Shown in pieces: positions 40,658 to 50,103 of a stretch of 64,000 nucleotides of DNA (position 1 is the first letter of the stretch; the number at the start of each line of letters is the position of its first letter). Source of the stretch: an uncultured Chthonomonadaceae bacterium (GTDB lineage: Bacteria; Armatimonadota; Chthonomonadetes; Chthonomonadales; CAJBBX01). Both the position numbers and the translations under genes were made by a program. A model generated the notes under the pieces. It did not search any database and was not told the origin of the DNA. It saw nothing but the letters and a program-made list of their open reading frames with translations. The stretch spans positions 51,123 to 115,122 of the forward strand of contig CAYNFH010000001.1 in the NCBI GenBank assembly GCA_964396385.1, read 5' to 3'.

Positions 40658-40843
40658 TCATTGCGGCACGGGGTCCGTGCGGCCGCAGACAGCCACGCCG
40701 TCGCTATTGGTCCGGTAGCCGGGAAAGGCGGGGTTCGGCCCGCGCTTGGCCACGACGTGCCCGTCCTCAAAGAGGTAGTTCCCCGTTTCAAAGTGGTTGA
40801 AGTCCGGCGGCTGGTAGACCACCGGCGGCCCGGTTCTCCGCAA
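40658..40843 (-). CDS. Possible small ORF (TTG start) or gene remnant
   Basis: The open frame continues upstream to the stop of the GGDEF gene, in the same frame. ...PPVVYQPPDFNHFETGNYLFEDGHVVAKRGPNPAFPGY... is protein-like, but no family was recognised. Confidence 0.2.
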   Translation of the reverse strand: MRRTGPPVVYQPPDFNHFETGNYLFEDGHVVAKRGPNPAFPGYRTNSDGVAVCGRTDPVPQ

Positions 40844-40924
40844 CGGGAATTCGAATTCTTGTCCGGCTTGCGGCAGAGCTTGAAAGGAGACTATAGGGCG
40901 GGGGTCGGCGATCAGCGCCGGGAT

Positions 40925-41908
40925 TCAGGCCGCGACGAGGGATGAGGCGGGGGCATCCGGCCGGTAGAGCTCCACGCGGTTGCGGCCGAGCGACTTGGCG
41001 CAGTAGAGAGCCCTGTCCGCCTCCTGCACCAGTTCCCAGGGCATGGTCTCAGGATCCGATAGGGTCGAGACGCCCAGGCTCACCGTGACCGGACGATACG
41101 GCCACTCCAGCCTTTCCACGCGCGTCCGCAGCCGCTCCGCAAAGGCCGCCGCGGCCTCCGCGCCTGCGTCAGGAAGGAGGAGGGCAAATTCCTCACCTCC
41201 GTAGCGGGCTGGAACGTCATCCTCGCGTGTGGTGGACTGGATGGCCGCCGCGATGGACTGGAGCGCTTCATCGCCTGCCTGGTGTCCATAGGCGTCGTTA
41301 TACTGTTTGAAGCGGTCCACGTCCAGCATGATGACGGAGAGAGGCGCGCCGCCGCGCCGGGCTCGCTCGAACGCTTCCTGGAGCCGTTCCGCGAAGTAGG
41401 TGCGGTTCTTCAGACCCGTCAGGCCGTCCGTGACTGCCGCCTCCGCGAGCAGCAGGTTGATGGTGATCAGCTCCCGGTGCAGCGCCTCCAACTGTGCCGC
41501 ACGGTTCTGCAGCTCCTCCTGCATGGTGAGGATGCGGTTTGCCACCTGGAGTCGCGCGCTCAGTTCGTCGTAATCCACCGGCTTGGTCAGATAGTCGTCG
41601 GCGCCGGCCGCCAGTCCTTCCAGCCGGTCCTGAGCGCTGCCGCGTGCGGTAAGCAGAATGCAGTAGCGGTAGCTGCCGGACAGTTCGCTCCGGATGAGCC
41701 GGCAGAGCGCCAGGCCATCCATCTCCGGCATCATCCAGTCCGAGATAACCAGCCGCACGTTCGGGCTGCGCTGGAGCAGGTCCCAGGCCGCCGCCCCGTT
41801 GGGCGCGCAGACGGATCGGTGCCCTAGCTGCTCCACCATGGACTGGAGCACCAGGACCGAGACGGGATCATCCTCTACGATCAAAACTTCCAATGGGATA
41901 TCCGCCAT
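40925..41908 (-). CDS. Response regulator receiver + GGDEF diguanylate cyclase (PleD-like)
   Basis: MADIPLEVLIVEDDP...LVISDWMMPEMDG (REC), then ...DGLTGLKNR...RYGGEEFALLL (GGEEF). The start at 41908 is preferred over the track start at 42046. Confidence 0.85.
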   Translation of the reverse strand: MADIPLEVLIVEDDPVSVLVLQSMVEQLGHRSVCAPNGAAAWDLLQRSPNVRLVISDWMMPEMDGLALCRLIRSELSGSYRYCILLTARGSAQDRLEGLAAGADDYLTKPVDYDELSARLQVANRILTMQEELQNRAAQLEALHRELITINLLLAEAAVTDGLTGLKNRTYFAERLQEAFERARRGGAPLSVIMLDVDRFKQYNDAYGHQAGDEALQSIAAAIQSTTREDDVPARYGGEEFALLLPDAGAEAAAAFAERLRTRVERLEWPYRPVTVSLGVSTLSDPETMPWELVQEADRALYCAKSLGRNRVELYRPDAPASSLVAA

Positions 41909-42109
41909 CTTCCTGCTGCGGACGCCAGCCATCCCCGGCGGAGGAGGGGCGTGAAAACGCAGGCAACGTGTCCGGCGAATCGGACACCAATCTGATGGTC
42001 GGCACGCCCGATACGGAGCCCTGCCCGCAAATGGACCTGTTTCCATTGTCTATGATCGCCCGATTCGTGGAACGATCCTGTCATCATTGCCGGCTACGGG
42101 AGGAACCGC

Positions 42110-44887
42110 ATGACTGCCTCAATGGGAGAGGGCCGCGAGCCCTGGCTGTGCCGGTCGCTTGTCCAGGACCTGCCCATCAGCCTCTTCGCCAAGGATAGAC
42201 AGGGCCGGTACATCTACATGAACCGGCAACTGTGCCGCACACTTGGACTATCCGAGGACGCTCTGATAGGCAAACGGGACGCAGACATCTTCCCGCCAGA
42301 GGTAGCCGCCAGGCACCGGGCTACCGATCGGCAGGTGATGCAGACCGGAGGCCCCGCCCTCGCCATCGAGCAGCTCAGGCTCGCCGACGGAACGCTGGCC
42401 CATCTGGAAGTCCTCAAATCCCCCCTGCGGGATCCGCACGGCGAATTAGCCGGAGTGATGGGCGTTGTATGGGACGCAACCGACAAGGTGCGCACGCGCC
42501 AGGATGTGGCGCGCATCACCTCCAGCGCCCAATGCCTGCTCTGGTACGGCAACGGTAGGGAAGTTGGAGAGGAGATGGTGGACCTGCGCATCGAGATGGC
42601 CGACGAGGAGGCCGCCCAGCGCGCCTTTCCCGTTGCGCGGAAGCCCGGAGAGCCGTACGTTGCGGCCTGGCTCCGGTCCAGGCTCCAGGAGGACGGCGCG
42701 CGGACGGATGAGTACGGGTCGCAAGAGATGCGGGCCGGCCGCGGCTACCGCCAGGAGTTCCGCCACCGGATGGCCAACGGCGAGATCCGCTGGCTCTCCG
42801 AGGCGGTCCACGTTGAGAGCGTCGGCCCCGGCCGGTGGCGCGCGGTGGGCGTGTGCATGGACGTGACCGAGATCAAGCGGGTGGAGGAGGCGCTGGCGGA
42901 GGAGCGGAGCCGGCTGGAGGCGCAGACCCGCGAACTCCAACAGGCGCGAGACCAGGCGCTCTCCGGCACGCGCGCCAAGAGCGAGTTCCTGGCCAACATG
43001 AGCCACGAGATCCGCACTCCCATGAACGGCGTAATCGGATTGAGCCGGCTCCTTCTGGATACGTCCCTCAACGAGACGCAGGCCAACTACGCGCGCATGA
43101 TCCACTCGAGCGCCGAGGCGCTGCTTACGGTTATCAACGACATCCTGGACTTCTCCAAGATCGAGGCCGGCAAGCTGGCTATCGATGAGGTCCCGCTCAA
43201 CCTGCGCACGCTGGTGGAAGAGGTCACCGAGCTCGAAGCGCCGCGCGCCCAGCAGAAGGGACTCGAGCTGGCCTGCGTTATCCCGCCCGACTTTCCCGAG
43301 CTCCTCTGTGGAGATCCCTGGCGTCTTCGGCAGGTGCTCACTAACTTGCTGGGAAACGCGGTGAAGTTCACCAACGAGGGCGAGGTCCGGCTGGAGGCGC
43401 GCGCGGTGCGCGAGAGCGGCACCCACGTCTCCCTGGAGCTGGTGGTGACGGACACCGGCATCGGCATTCCCGCCGAGCGCCAGGAAGCGATATTCGAGAG
43501 CTTTACCCAGGCGGACGGCAGCACTACGCGCAGGTACGGGGGCTCCGGACTGGGGCTCGCCATCTCCCGCCAGTTGGTGGAGCTGATGGGCGGCAGCTTG
43601 ACTCTCCAGAGCGAGCCTGGCAGCGGCAGCCGGTTCCAGGTGGAGCTGTGCCTTAAGCGCCAGGTGGATGTGGACAAGCCGAAGCTTTCCGTGCCGGCCG
43701 GGCTGCGCGGACTGCGCGTGCTGGTGGTGGACGACAACGCAACCAACCGGCTGATCCTGCTCGATCAGCTCCGCTCCTGGGGGTGCCGGCCGGTCGCCGT
43801 AGCCGGGGCCGCGCAGGCCCTGAAGCGGCTGGCGTCGGCCCGCCGGACCGACCCCTTTGGCCTGGTGCTGCTGGACATGCAGATGCCGGAGATGGACGGC
43901 GATAACACGGCTCGGGCCATCCAGGCCGATCCGCAGCTCGCGGGCGTGCCCCTGATCCTGCTGACCTCCATATGCGGCCAGGCGGGGGTTCAGGAGGTGG
44001 GGCCGCCGTTCCGCGCGGCGCTGAGCAAGCCGGTCCGCCAGTCCCAGCTCTTCAACACGCTGTTAGAGGCGGTGGGCGTCGCCGAACCCGCGGTGGCCCC
44101 CGATGGCCCCGGCGCCGCTTCACACGAGATAACGCCCCTAAACCTGCGCGTGCTCCTGGTAGAGGACAATCCAATCAACCGGATGGTGGCCGCGGGCATG
44201 CTGGAGAACCTGGGCTGCAGCGCCTGCCAGGCGGAGAACGGCCTCCTTGCGGTCCAGGAGCTGGAGCGCGCCGAGTACGACGTGGTGTTGATGGATATCC
44301 AGATGCCGGAGATGGACGGATTCGAAGCGACCGCGGAGATCCGGCGCCGCGAGGCCCTCGGTGCGAGGCACACGCCCCTTATCGCGATGACCGCCCACGC
44401 TATGGAGCGGGACCGCGAGCGCTGCCTGGCGGCCGGTATGGACGACTACATCGCCAAACCGCTCTCCCAGGAGCTGCTCCACAGCACGTTGGTTCGCTGG
44501 GCGCCGTGTGTGGCTCCGGGCACTGCGCCTTCGCAAGCCGCAGTGACGCTGAACCTGGACCAGCTCGGCGCGAGCTGCCGGCACAACGCGGTTCTGGAGC
44601 AGCAGGTGGTGGACACCTTCTTGACCCACTCCGCCGGCACGCTGCGCGCCGCCGCGGCCAGGGTGGAGGCGGGGGACCTGTCCGGCGCGGGCTCCGACGC
44701 TCACTCCGTCAAGGGGTCCGCCCTTACCATCGGCGCGGAAGCGCTGGCACAGGCGTGCGCACGGCTGGAGACCGCCTGCCGTGAAGGGGATCTGGCCGGC
44801 GCCCGAGCCGCCGCCCAAGCGGCGGACGGCGAGTTCCTTCGCCTCCGCGCCGTCCTGGAATCCCGCCCCCACTCCCGCGCCGCCTGA
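42110..44887 (+). CDS. Hybrid sensor histidine kinase (PAS-PAS-HisKA-HATPase-REC-REC-HPt)
   Basis: [12 protein letters not shown] (H-box), [18 protein letters not shown] (G2). Two receiver domains ([13 protein letters not shown] and [13 protein letters not shown]). C-terminal HSVKGSA (HPt). Confidence 0.9.
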   Translation: MTASMGEGREPWLCRSLVQDLPISLFAKDRQGRYIYMNRQLCRTLGLSEDALIGKRDADIFPPEVAARHRATDRQVMQTGGPALAIEQLRLADGTLAHLEVLKSPLRDPHGELAGVMGVVWDATDKVRTRQDVARITSSAQCLLWYGNGREVGEEMVDLRIEMADEEAAQRAFPVARKPGEPYVAAWLRSRLQEDGARTDEYGSQEMRAGRGYRQEFRHRMANGEIRWLSEAVHVESVGPGRWRAVGVCMDVTEIKRVEEALAEERSRLEAQTRELQQARDQALSGTRAKSEFLANMSHEIRTPMNGVIGLSRLLLDTSLNETQANYARMIHSSAEALLTVINDILDFSKIEAGKLAIDEVPLNLRTLVEEVTELEAPRAQQKGLELACVIPPDFPELLCGDPWRLRQVLTNLLGNAVKFTNEGEVRLEARAVRESGTHVSLELVVTDTGIGIPAERQEAIFESFTQADGSTTRRYGGSGLGLAISRQLVELMGGSLTLQSEPGSGSRFQVELCLKRQVDVDKPKLSVPAGLRGLRVLVVDDNATNRLILLDQLRSWGCRPVAVAGAAQALKRLASARRTDPFGLVLLDMQMPEMDGDNTARAIQADPQLAGVPLILLTSICGQAGVQEVGPPFRAALSKPVRQSQLFNTLLEAVGVAEPAVAPDGPGAASHEITPLNLRVLLVEDNPINRMVAAGMLENLGCSACQAENGLLAVQELERAEYDVVLMDIQMPEMDGFEATAEIRRREALGARHTPLIAMTAHAMERDRERCLAAGMDDYIAKPLSQELLHSTLVRWAPCVAPGTAPSQAAVTLNLDQLGASCRHNAVLEQQVVDTFLTHSAGTLRAAAARVEAGDLSGAGSDAHSVKGSALTIGAEALAQACARLETACREGDLAGARAAAQAADGEFLRLRAVLESRPHSRAA

Positions 44888-44922
44888 CGGGCCGCAGAAT
44901 GACCCAGCGGCCGCTCCCGTTC

Positions 44923-46266
44923 CTACCCGGATACCCGCGTCATCTCCAGGCCGCGCATGGTGCCGGTGCTGGAGGCAAACTTGTCGGCCTCGAGCCCGAA
45001 CCGCTGGAGCATGCTCACGAAGAGGTTCGGCAGCGGATAGTTGCGCTGGCGGTCGAAGGCCAGGTGCTGGCCGTGCCGGAAGCCGCCGCCCGCAAACAGG
45101 ACCGGCAGGTTCGTGGTCACGTGGGTGTTGGCGTTGCCCAGGTTGCTGCCGTAGAGCACCATGGTGCGGTCCAGCAGGGTCTCGTCTCCCTCCCGGTGCG
45201 CCTTCAATTCGCCAAACAGGTGGCCCAACAGCTTCATGTGCTCGCGGTCGATCGCTTCGAGCTGCGCCAGCTTCTTGGGGTCCTTGCCGTGGTGGGAGAG
45301 GTTGTGGTAGCCGTCCGACATCGTCTTGCCCTCGACCCGGATGGCCGGGGAGTTGACGCTGTCCAGCATCAGCGTGATGTTACGGGTGGAGTCGGTGGCG
45401 AAGGCGAGGCGCGCCATGTCGTACATCAGGCGCACCTTGTCCATGTACTCCCGCGGGTCCGTAATGTCTATTGGCGGCTTCTCCGTCACCACCGGGCGGG
45501 GCTTCGTCTCCCACTCCGCCGCCTCGACCATCCGGTGCTCCAGATCGCGCACGCCGGTGAAGTACTGATCCAGCCGCTCTCGATCTCGCGCCCCCACGCT
45601 CCGCTCCAGGGCCCTGGTCTGGTCCGCCACCGTGTCCATGATCGATTGACCGAGGGCCAGCCTGCGCTGCTGCGCCTGGACCTCCGCAGGCGTTCCGCCC
45701 AGGAAGAGGCGCTTGAAGATCTCGGACGGTTTGTCCTCGCAGGGAATCAGCACGCCGCCCGCGGTAAAGGAGAGGCTGCGCGCGCCGTGTCCCACGTTGA
45801 CGCCCAGCGTGAGGGAGGGGAAGCGCGTCAGGTGGCCGATGCGCTCGGCCACGTACTGATCGAGCGAGATGGTGTTGCGGAAGCCGCCGCTGGAAGGGTG
45901 GGGCGCGGCCGTGAGGAAGCAGATGTCCGCCGGATGGCCGCCGTCCACGTCCGGGTGCATGACGCCGCTGAAGATGGTGAAGTCCGAGCGGAAGTCGCGC
46001 AGCTCCTGCAAGTAGGGTGAGAGCGTATAGTCTCGTCCGGTCTGGGCAGGATCGGGGAAGAACTTGTCCGGCAGCACTCCCAGATTATTGCAGATGCCGA
46101 AGAACCGCCGCGGCGCCGGACTCTGTCCGGAGGCGTGCGCGAAGGCGGGCAGCATCGCGTCCAGCAGGGGGAGTCCCAGCAGGACGCCGGTCCCGCGGAG
46201 GAAGTGACGGCGCGAGAGCCTGTGCGGCGTGGAGAAGTGCACCGTCTTCACCGAATCGGAAGCCAT
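44923..46266 (-). CDS. DUF1552 domain protein (Tat signal)
   Basis: [24 protein letters not shown]... and a DUF1552-like body. Paired with a DUF1592-type gene, as is usual for this family. Confidence 0.85.
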   Translation of the reverse strand: MASDSVKTVHFSTPHRLSRRHFLRGTGVLLGLPLLDAMLPAFAHASGQSPAPRRFFGICNNLGVLPDKFFPDPAQTGRDYTLSPYLQELRDFRSDFTIFSGVMHPDVDGGHPADICFLTAAPHPSSGGFRNTISLDQYVAERIGHLTRFPSLTLGVNVGHGARSLSFTAGGVLIPCEDKPSEIFKRLFLGGTPAEVQAQQRRLALGQSIMDTVADQTRALERSVGARDRERLDQYFTGVRDLEHRMVEAAEWETKPRPVVTEKPPIDITDPREYMDKVRLMYDMARLAFATDSTRNITLMLDSVNSPAIRVEGKTMSDGYHNLSHHGKDPKKLAQLEAIDREHMKLLGHLFGELKAHREGDETLLDRTMVLYGSNLGNANTHVTTNLPVLFAGGGFRHGQHLAFDRQRNYPLPNLFVSMLQRFGLEADKFASSTGTMRGLEMTRVSG

Positions 46267-46279
46267 GGACCTGTTCCTC

Positions 46280-48994
46280 TCACTTATTCCGGAAGAGCTC
46301 GCTCAGTATAATGCCGTGGATAAGTGACTTTACCCCGTAACCATTGGACCTCGCGCGGTCCAGGATGGCCTCAACCTTCGGCCGGTCTGCGAAGCGCACC
46401 GGAGCCCAGGTGGAGTAGATCACAAGCTGCTGCGTCAGGTTGCGGGCGATCTGCCGCTCGTCCTTCAGGAGGAGGCGCTTCAGGTCGCGCACGTCCGCAA
46501 ACGCGCGGCCGTCCGGCAGGATGCCGGAGCAGTCCACCGGCTTGCCGTTGTGGAATGCAAAGGGTTGGCCGCCCTTGCCGAAGCCGGGCACCGTATCTTC
46601 ACTGCCCAGCGCGCGATAGCAGGTCCGATAACCGCCAAAGACGTCGAAGCTCTCCAGGGCGAAGCCGGGCGGATCGATCACGGCGTGGCAGGACCGGCAG
46701 GCGGGCTGCGTGCGGTGCTTCGCAAGCTGCTCGCGGATGGTGGTCGCGCCGCGCGTGTCCGGATCCACCGCGGGCACCGAAGCGGGCTTCGGCGGCGCGT
46801 TCTGCCCGAGTATTCGCTCGTTGATCCAGACGCCGCGCAGCACCGGCGAGGTGGTCGTGCCGTTGGCCGTTACCTTCAGGATACTGGCCTGAGTCAGCAG
46901 CCCGCCTCGTACGGAGTCCTTCGGCACCTCCACGCGACGGATGGCGGCGCCGTCCACGCCCTTGAGGCCGTAGAGCGTCGCAAGCCGGTCATTGACCATC
47001 ACGAAGTCCGAATCCACCAGGTTGCGCGCGGGGAGATCCTTGGCGATCAGCTCTGCGAAGAAGTCCCGCGTCTCACGGATGGAGGACTCGACCAGGAGGT
47101 CATCCAGGTAGTAGTCTCCGTATAGGTCGCCGTCCGGATTAGTGTCGCCTACCTTGCGCAGGTCGAGCCAGTAGTCCAGGAACGCCTGCACGAACTGGCG
47201 GGACCGCGGGTCGGCGAGCATGCGGTCGGTCTGCGCCAGCAGGACGGCGGGGTAGTGCAGCTCCTTGCGCTCGGCCAAAGTGCGCAGAGTGGCGTCCGGC
47301 TCCGTGTTCCAGAGGAAGTAGGAGAGGCGGGACGCCAGCGCGTAGTCGTCCAGCCGTCCCGGCCGCTCCTCCAGCGTGAGGAAGCCGGGTGAGCAGAGCA
47401 CTCCGGAGTAGGCGGCGATCATCGCATCCGTGAAATCCACGCCGGCGTCCAGCGCTTTGTTCGCCAGCTTGACGAAGGGCTGGATGTCCGAGTCCTGAAC
47501 GGGCCGGCGATACGCGCGCAGCACAAAGCCGCGGATAAGCCGCGCCGCGTCGGCCTTGGGATCCCTGGACTCGACCGTTATCTTCCCGTCCGGGCCGGCC
47601 TTGAAGGGCAGGTTGCCGAACATCAGCCGCTGGCCCGGCGTGGGCCAGGAGTCGAGGAGCGGCCCCTCCACCTCCAGCCATTGGAACGCGACGCCCGGCT
47701 GGCCCTCCGGGGTCGCGAGTGGATTGTGCCAGCCGGTACGGGACTTCTTTGCCAGCGGATCGTCCGGGTTGGGCGGTCGCGAGCGGAAGAGCCGGGCCGC
47801 GTCCGGCATGATGGTCTCGCCCGTGAGCAGGATAGCGTCTATGTCACACGTAGTGGACTGAGGGCCGACGTCCACCGTGCCGAGCAGCCTGAGCTGCTGC
47901 GGCGGGGAGGCAGCGTAGAGGCTGATGGGCTCCCGCGTGCGGCCGGCGGATATCACGGTGCGGCTGGCCTGCCACCACCTGGCAGCGCTCTCCGGCCCGG
48001 CCCAGAAGGAGTGGGCGCGGATCCGCAGCCTGTACCGGCCGGAGATGGGGGCGTGGAAGCGGTCGAAGCGCGGCTGCAGCGGCTCGTAGGCGCTGGCGAC
48101 CACGCCCAGCGCTTCCTGCTCACGCTTCACCGGGTCCTTCTCGCCGACGGTCATGGGTCCCGTTCCGTTGAGGGCGGGAAGGTCCGCCGCGTCTCCGAGG
48201 ACGGGGAACGTCGCTCGGGCCGTGGCGCCGGAGTACGCGAAGCCAGCTTTCACCAGGCCGGCAAAGGAGCGCTGCTCGCGGGCATAGTAACGGGTTGTGG
48301 TGGTCTCCGGCCGCGCGACCTGCGGCGCCATGGCCTCCCGGAGCGCGTATTCCGCCGCGGCAAGGTAGCGGCTCATCTGGACGTGCGAGACGTCCAGCGC
48401 CTCTCCGAGCTTGTTGAAGCGATAGGCCAGCCCATCTTCCGGGAGCATGTCCCGGACCTGGAGCCACGGCGCGCCAAGCAGGTCCCGCAGCGTGTTCTCG
48501 TATTCGTAGCGGTTCAGCCGCCGCCAGACGGCGCGACCCTCCCGGCGGGCCCGCGCATCCTGAAGAGCGATCAGCGGCTGTGTTAGCGCGGCGAGGAAGC
48601 CGTTCCGCGCCGCGGGAGCGGGCCGGGGCATGCCTTTGGGCGGCATCTCGCCCTTTTCTACGCGATCGTGGACCTTCACCCACAGGGCGAAGTTGGACGG
48701 GTCACCCGGCCGGAAGGGGGTCGCGGCGAAATTCAGGCCGCCGCTCGCGGTCTGCTTGTTGTGGCAGAGGGCGCAGTTCTGCTTGATAAAGCCCTGCACG
48801 GAGGCGGGCAGAATGGGTGCGGCCTGCGCATGGATGCGGTGAGCCCGGCCGCGCTGTGCGCGCGTGCGCTGGGGCGCGCTCGCGTGCACGAAGCAGGCGG
48901 AGAAGAGGAGCGCAGCGGTGCTGAGCGCCAGCGCGAGGAACGGCCGGACCGGACAGACGGAGGACCGGTGACGGGTGACCGGCCCGGAATCCAT
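46280..48994 (-). CDS. DUF1592/DUF1588/DUF1587/DUF1585/DUF1595 multi-domain protein with an N-terminal heme-binding CxxCH
   Basis: ...[11 protein letters not shown]...; later [16 protein letters not shown] (DUF1585-like). The start is uncertain: ATG at 48994, 49015 or 49111; 48994 gives a signal peptide. Confidence 0.85.
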   Translation of the reverse strand: MDSGPVTRHRSSVCPVRPFLALALSTAALLFSACFVHASAPQRTRAQRGRAHRIHAQAAPILPASVQGFIKQNCALCHNKQTASGGLNFAATPFRPGDPSNFALWVKVHDRVEKGEMPPKGMPRPAPAARNGFLAALTQPLIALQDARARREGRAVWRRLNRYEYENTLRDLLGAPWLQVRDMLPEDGLAYRFNKLGEALDVSHVQMSRYLAAAEYALREAMAPQVARPETTTTRYYAREQRSFAGLVKAGFAYSGATARATFPVLGDAADLPALNGTGPMTVGEKDPVKREQEALGVVASAYEPLQPRFDRFHAPISGRYRLRIRAHSFWAGPESAARWWQASRTVISAGRTREPISLYAASPPQQLRLLGTVDVGPQSTTCDIDAILLTGETIMPDAARLFRSRPPNPDDPLAKKSRTGWHNPLATPEGQPGVAFQWLEVEGPLLDSWPTPGQRLMFGNLPFKAGPDGKITVESRDPKADAARLIRGFVLRAYRRPVQDSDIQPFVKLANKALDAGVDFTDAMIAAYSGVLCSPGFLTLEERPGRLDDYALASRLSYFLWNTEPDATLRTLAERKELHYPAVLLAQTDRMLADPRSRQFVQAFLDYWLDLRKVGDTNPDGDLYGDYYLDDLLVESSIRETRDFFAELIAKDLPARNLVDSDFVMVNDRLATLYGLKGVDGAAIRRVEVPKDSVRGGLLTQASILKVTANGTTTSPVLRGVWINERILGQNAPPKPASVPAVDPDTRGATTIREQLAKHRTQPACRSCHAVIDPPGFALESFDVFGGYRTCYRALGSEDTVPGFGKGGQPFAFHNGKPVDCSGILPDGRAFADVRDLKRLLLKDERQIARNLTQQLVIYSTWAPVRFADRPKVEAILDRARSNGYGVKSLIHGIILSELFRNK

Positions 48995-49296
48995 CCGTCC
49001 ACCGTCTTCCGTCATCCGTCGTGTTCTTTGGCTCCGGCTCAAGCGGCGGTTCTCTCCTGGCGATGGCATTCGTGTCGCACTATGATGGAAAGGGTATTCC
49101 ATTGGTGGCAAATTGTCAATCCGCGCTCCCTACAGACCCGCCGCGGAAGCGAGTCTGGTGAGACATTGTCTCAAAATTGGCAGGCTGCTGGCCCTCACCC
49201 CCAACCCCCTCTCCCAAGAACAGGAGAGGGGGAGCAGGAGTGAGACATTGTCTCAAAATTGGCGCGGCGGGACTCTGTGTTGCTTTAGTGGCGTTC

Positions 49297-49332
49297 CGCT
49301 ACAATTTGAGCGGATCCGCTCAAATTGTAGCG
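49297..49332. repeat. Perfect 36-bp palindrome CGCTACAATTTGAGCGGATCCGCTCAAATTGTAGCG
   Basis: Read directly; centred on GGATCC. Confidence 0.95.
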
Positions 49333-49414
49333 ATTTGCTCTCATCGCTGCACACGCGACCTTGCGCAGGCGGACTGTCTCTGCTCGCCTGGGCTCGTGGT
49401 GTGAGACATTGTCA

Positions 49415-49441
49415 CAATTTGACACGCCGCGTGTCAAATTG
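49415..49441. repeat. 27-bp palindrome CAATTTGACACGC-C-GCGTGTCAAATTG embedded in motif copy 3
   Basis: Read directly; 13-bp arms around a single central base. Confidence 0.95.
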
Positions 49442-49623
49442 GGACGGTTGAGGCGGGGAATCGCGGCCCGGGTGGAGTGAGACATTGTCTCAAATTGCTG
49501 GACTTTGCGCACGCTCGCTCGCTTACGGATGAACTCGTCAAGCTCTCTGCCAAGAGCCCTCGGAGAATTGCGCGATGTCATGTTGCGCACGGTATATGGC
49601 GCTATTTGGGCGACTGCACGGCG

Positions 49624-50103
49624 TCAGGCTCGGGACGAGCACGCTTGAAGCGGGCGGCCGAGCGCAAAGTCGAGAAATTGTAAATTGGCGCGGCGGCGCC
49701 AGATTCGGATATTCCTCTCCAACAGATCGCCGCCTGAGTCTTCGCGGTAATAGCTGGATATTGCGCGGAAAGCGCGGAAAGCGCGATAAGGAGGGTGTAA
49801 CACCCGTTCCAAGCTCAAAAGGAGCAGGACTCCGGTCTTGCGCGGTAAGCGCGGTAAGCGCGGTAAGTAGCAGCGTCCTCGTTGGGGAGAAGCAGGCAAA
49901 GGCAACCGGCATTGCGCGGTAAGCGCGGTATGCGCGGAAGCGATGCCTCCCTGCGAAACGTCGTACTCGCGCATGACCTCTTCCGCAGTCAAGCCGGAGC
50001 CGAGGGAGCCCACGATGATGGAAACAGGAATGCCCAGACCCGCGATGACGGCTGCCCCGTGTGCAATATCGGGATCTACGGTGATTCCGGGTGCGATTTC
50101 CAT
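49624..50103 (-). pseudogene. Degraded DUF433-like gene; only the N-terminal ~55 aa are recognisable
   Basis: MEIAPGITVDPDIAHGAAVIAGLGIPVSIIVGSLGSGLTAEEVMREYDVSQGGIASA... resembles DUF433 but lacks the usual GKP/GTR residues. The frame then runs through all three 9-mer clusters (SAHTALTAQ, LPRLPRLPR, YRAFRAFRA) without a proper stop. Confidence 0.4.
49763..49940. repeat. Three 27-bp clusters of a 9-bp tandem repeat (GCGCGG[T/A]AA x3) at 49763-49789, 49840-49866 and 49914-49940
   Basis: Read directly. Each cluster is preceded by (A)TTG. Cluster starts are 77 and 74 bp apart. Confidence 0.9.

Larger units (their letters stand above)
49158..49499 (+). repeat. Four direct copies of the 23-bp motif GTGAGACATTGTCTCAAAATTGG (49158, 49240, 49401 with a 20-nt internal insertion, 49477)
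   Basis: Read directly. The core GAGACA-T-TGTCTC is palindromic. Spacers are irregular (59, 138, 33 bp). A degenerate fifth copy lies at about 49669-49696, sharing AAATTGGCGCGGCGG with copy 2. Confidence 0.9.

Noticed and set aside
44899-46020. 373-aa plus-strand ORF opposite the DUF1552 gene. Similar cases: 53065..54213, 54728..55915, 57411..58511, 50735..51754, 15112..16323, 18430..19692, 19603..20562, 42446..43426, 5404..6396
   Set aside because: Each is antisense to a better-supported gene and has arginine/glycine/proline-dominated composition.
49158-49499. CRISPR array interpretation of the 23-bp direct repeats
   Set aside because: Spacer lengths are 59, 138 and 33 bp, which is highly irregular. 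One repeat carries a 20-nt internal insertion, and no cas genes are present in the window.
49113-49922. Track ORFs inside the repeat island (49113..49451, 49177..49404, 49285..49590, 49477..49683, 49575..49922, 49538..50167) as real protein genes
   Set aside because: They overlap each other on both strands. Their sequences are dictated by palindromes and 9-mer repeats (for example SAVSAVS, FRAYRAYRA), and none resembles a known family. The shared MRHCLK start is reported as a hypothesis only.
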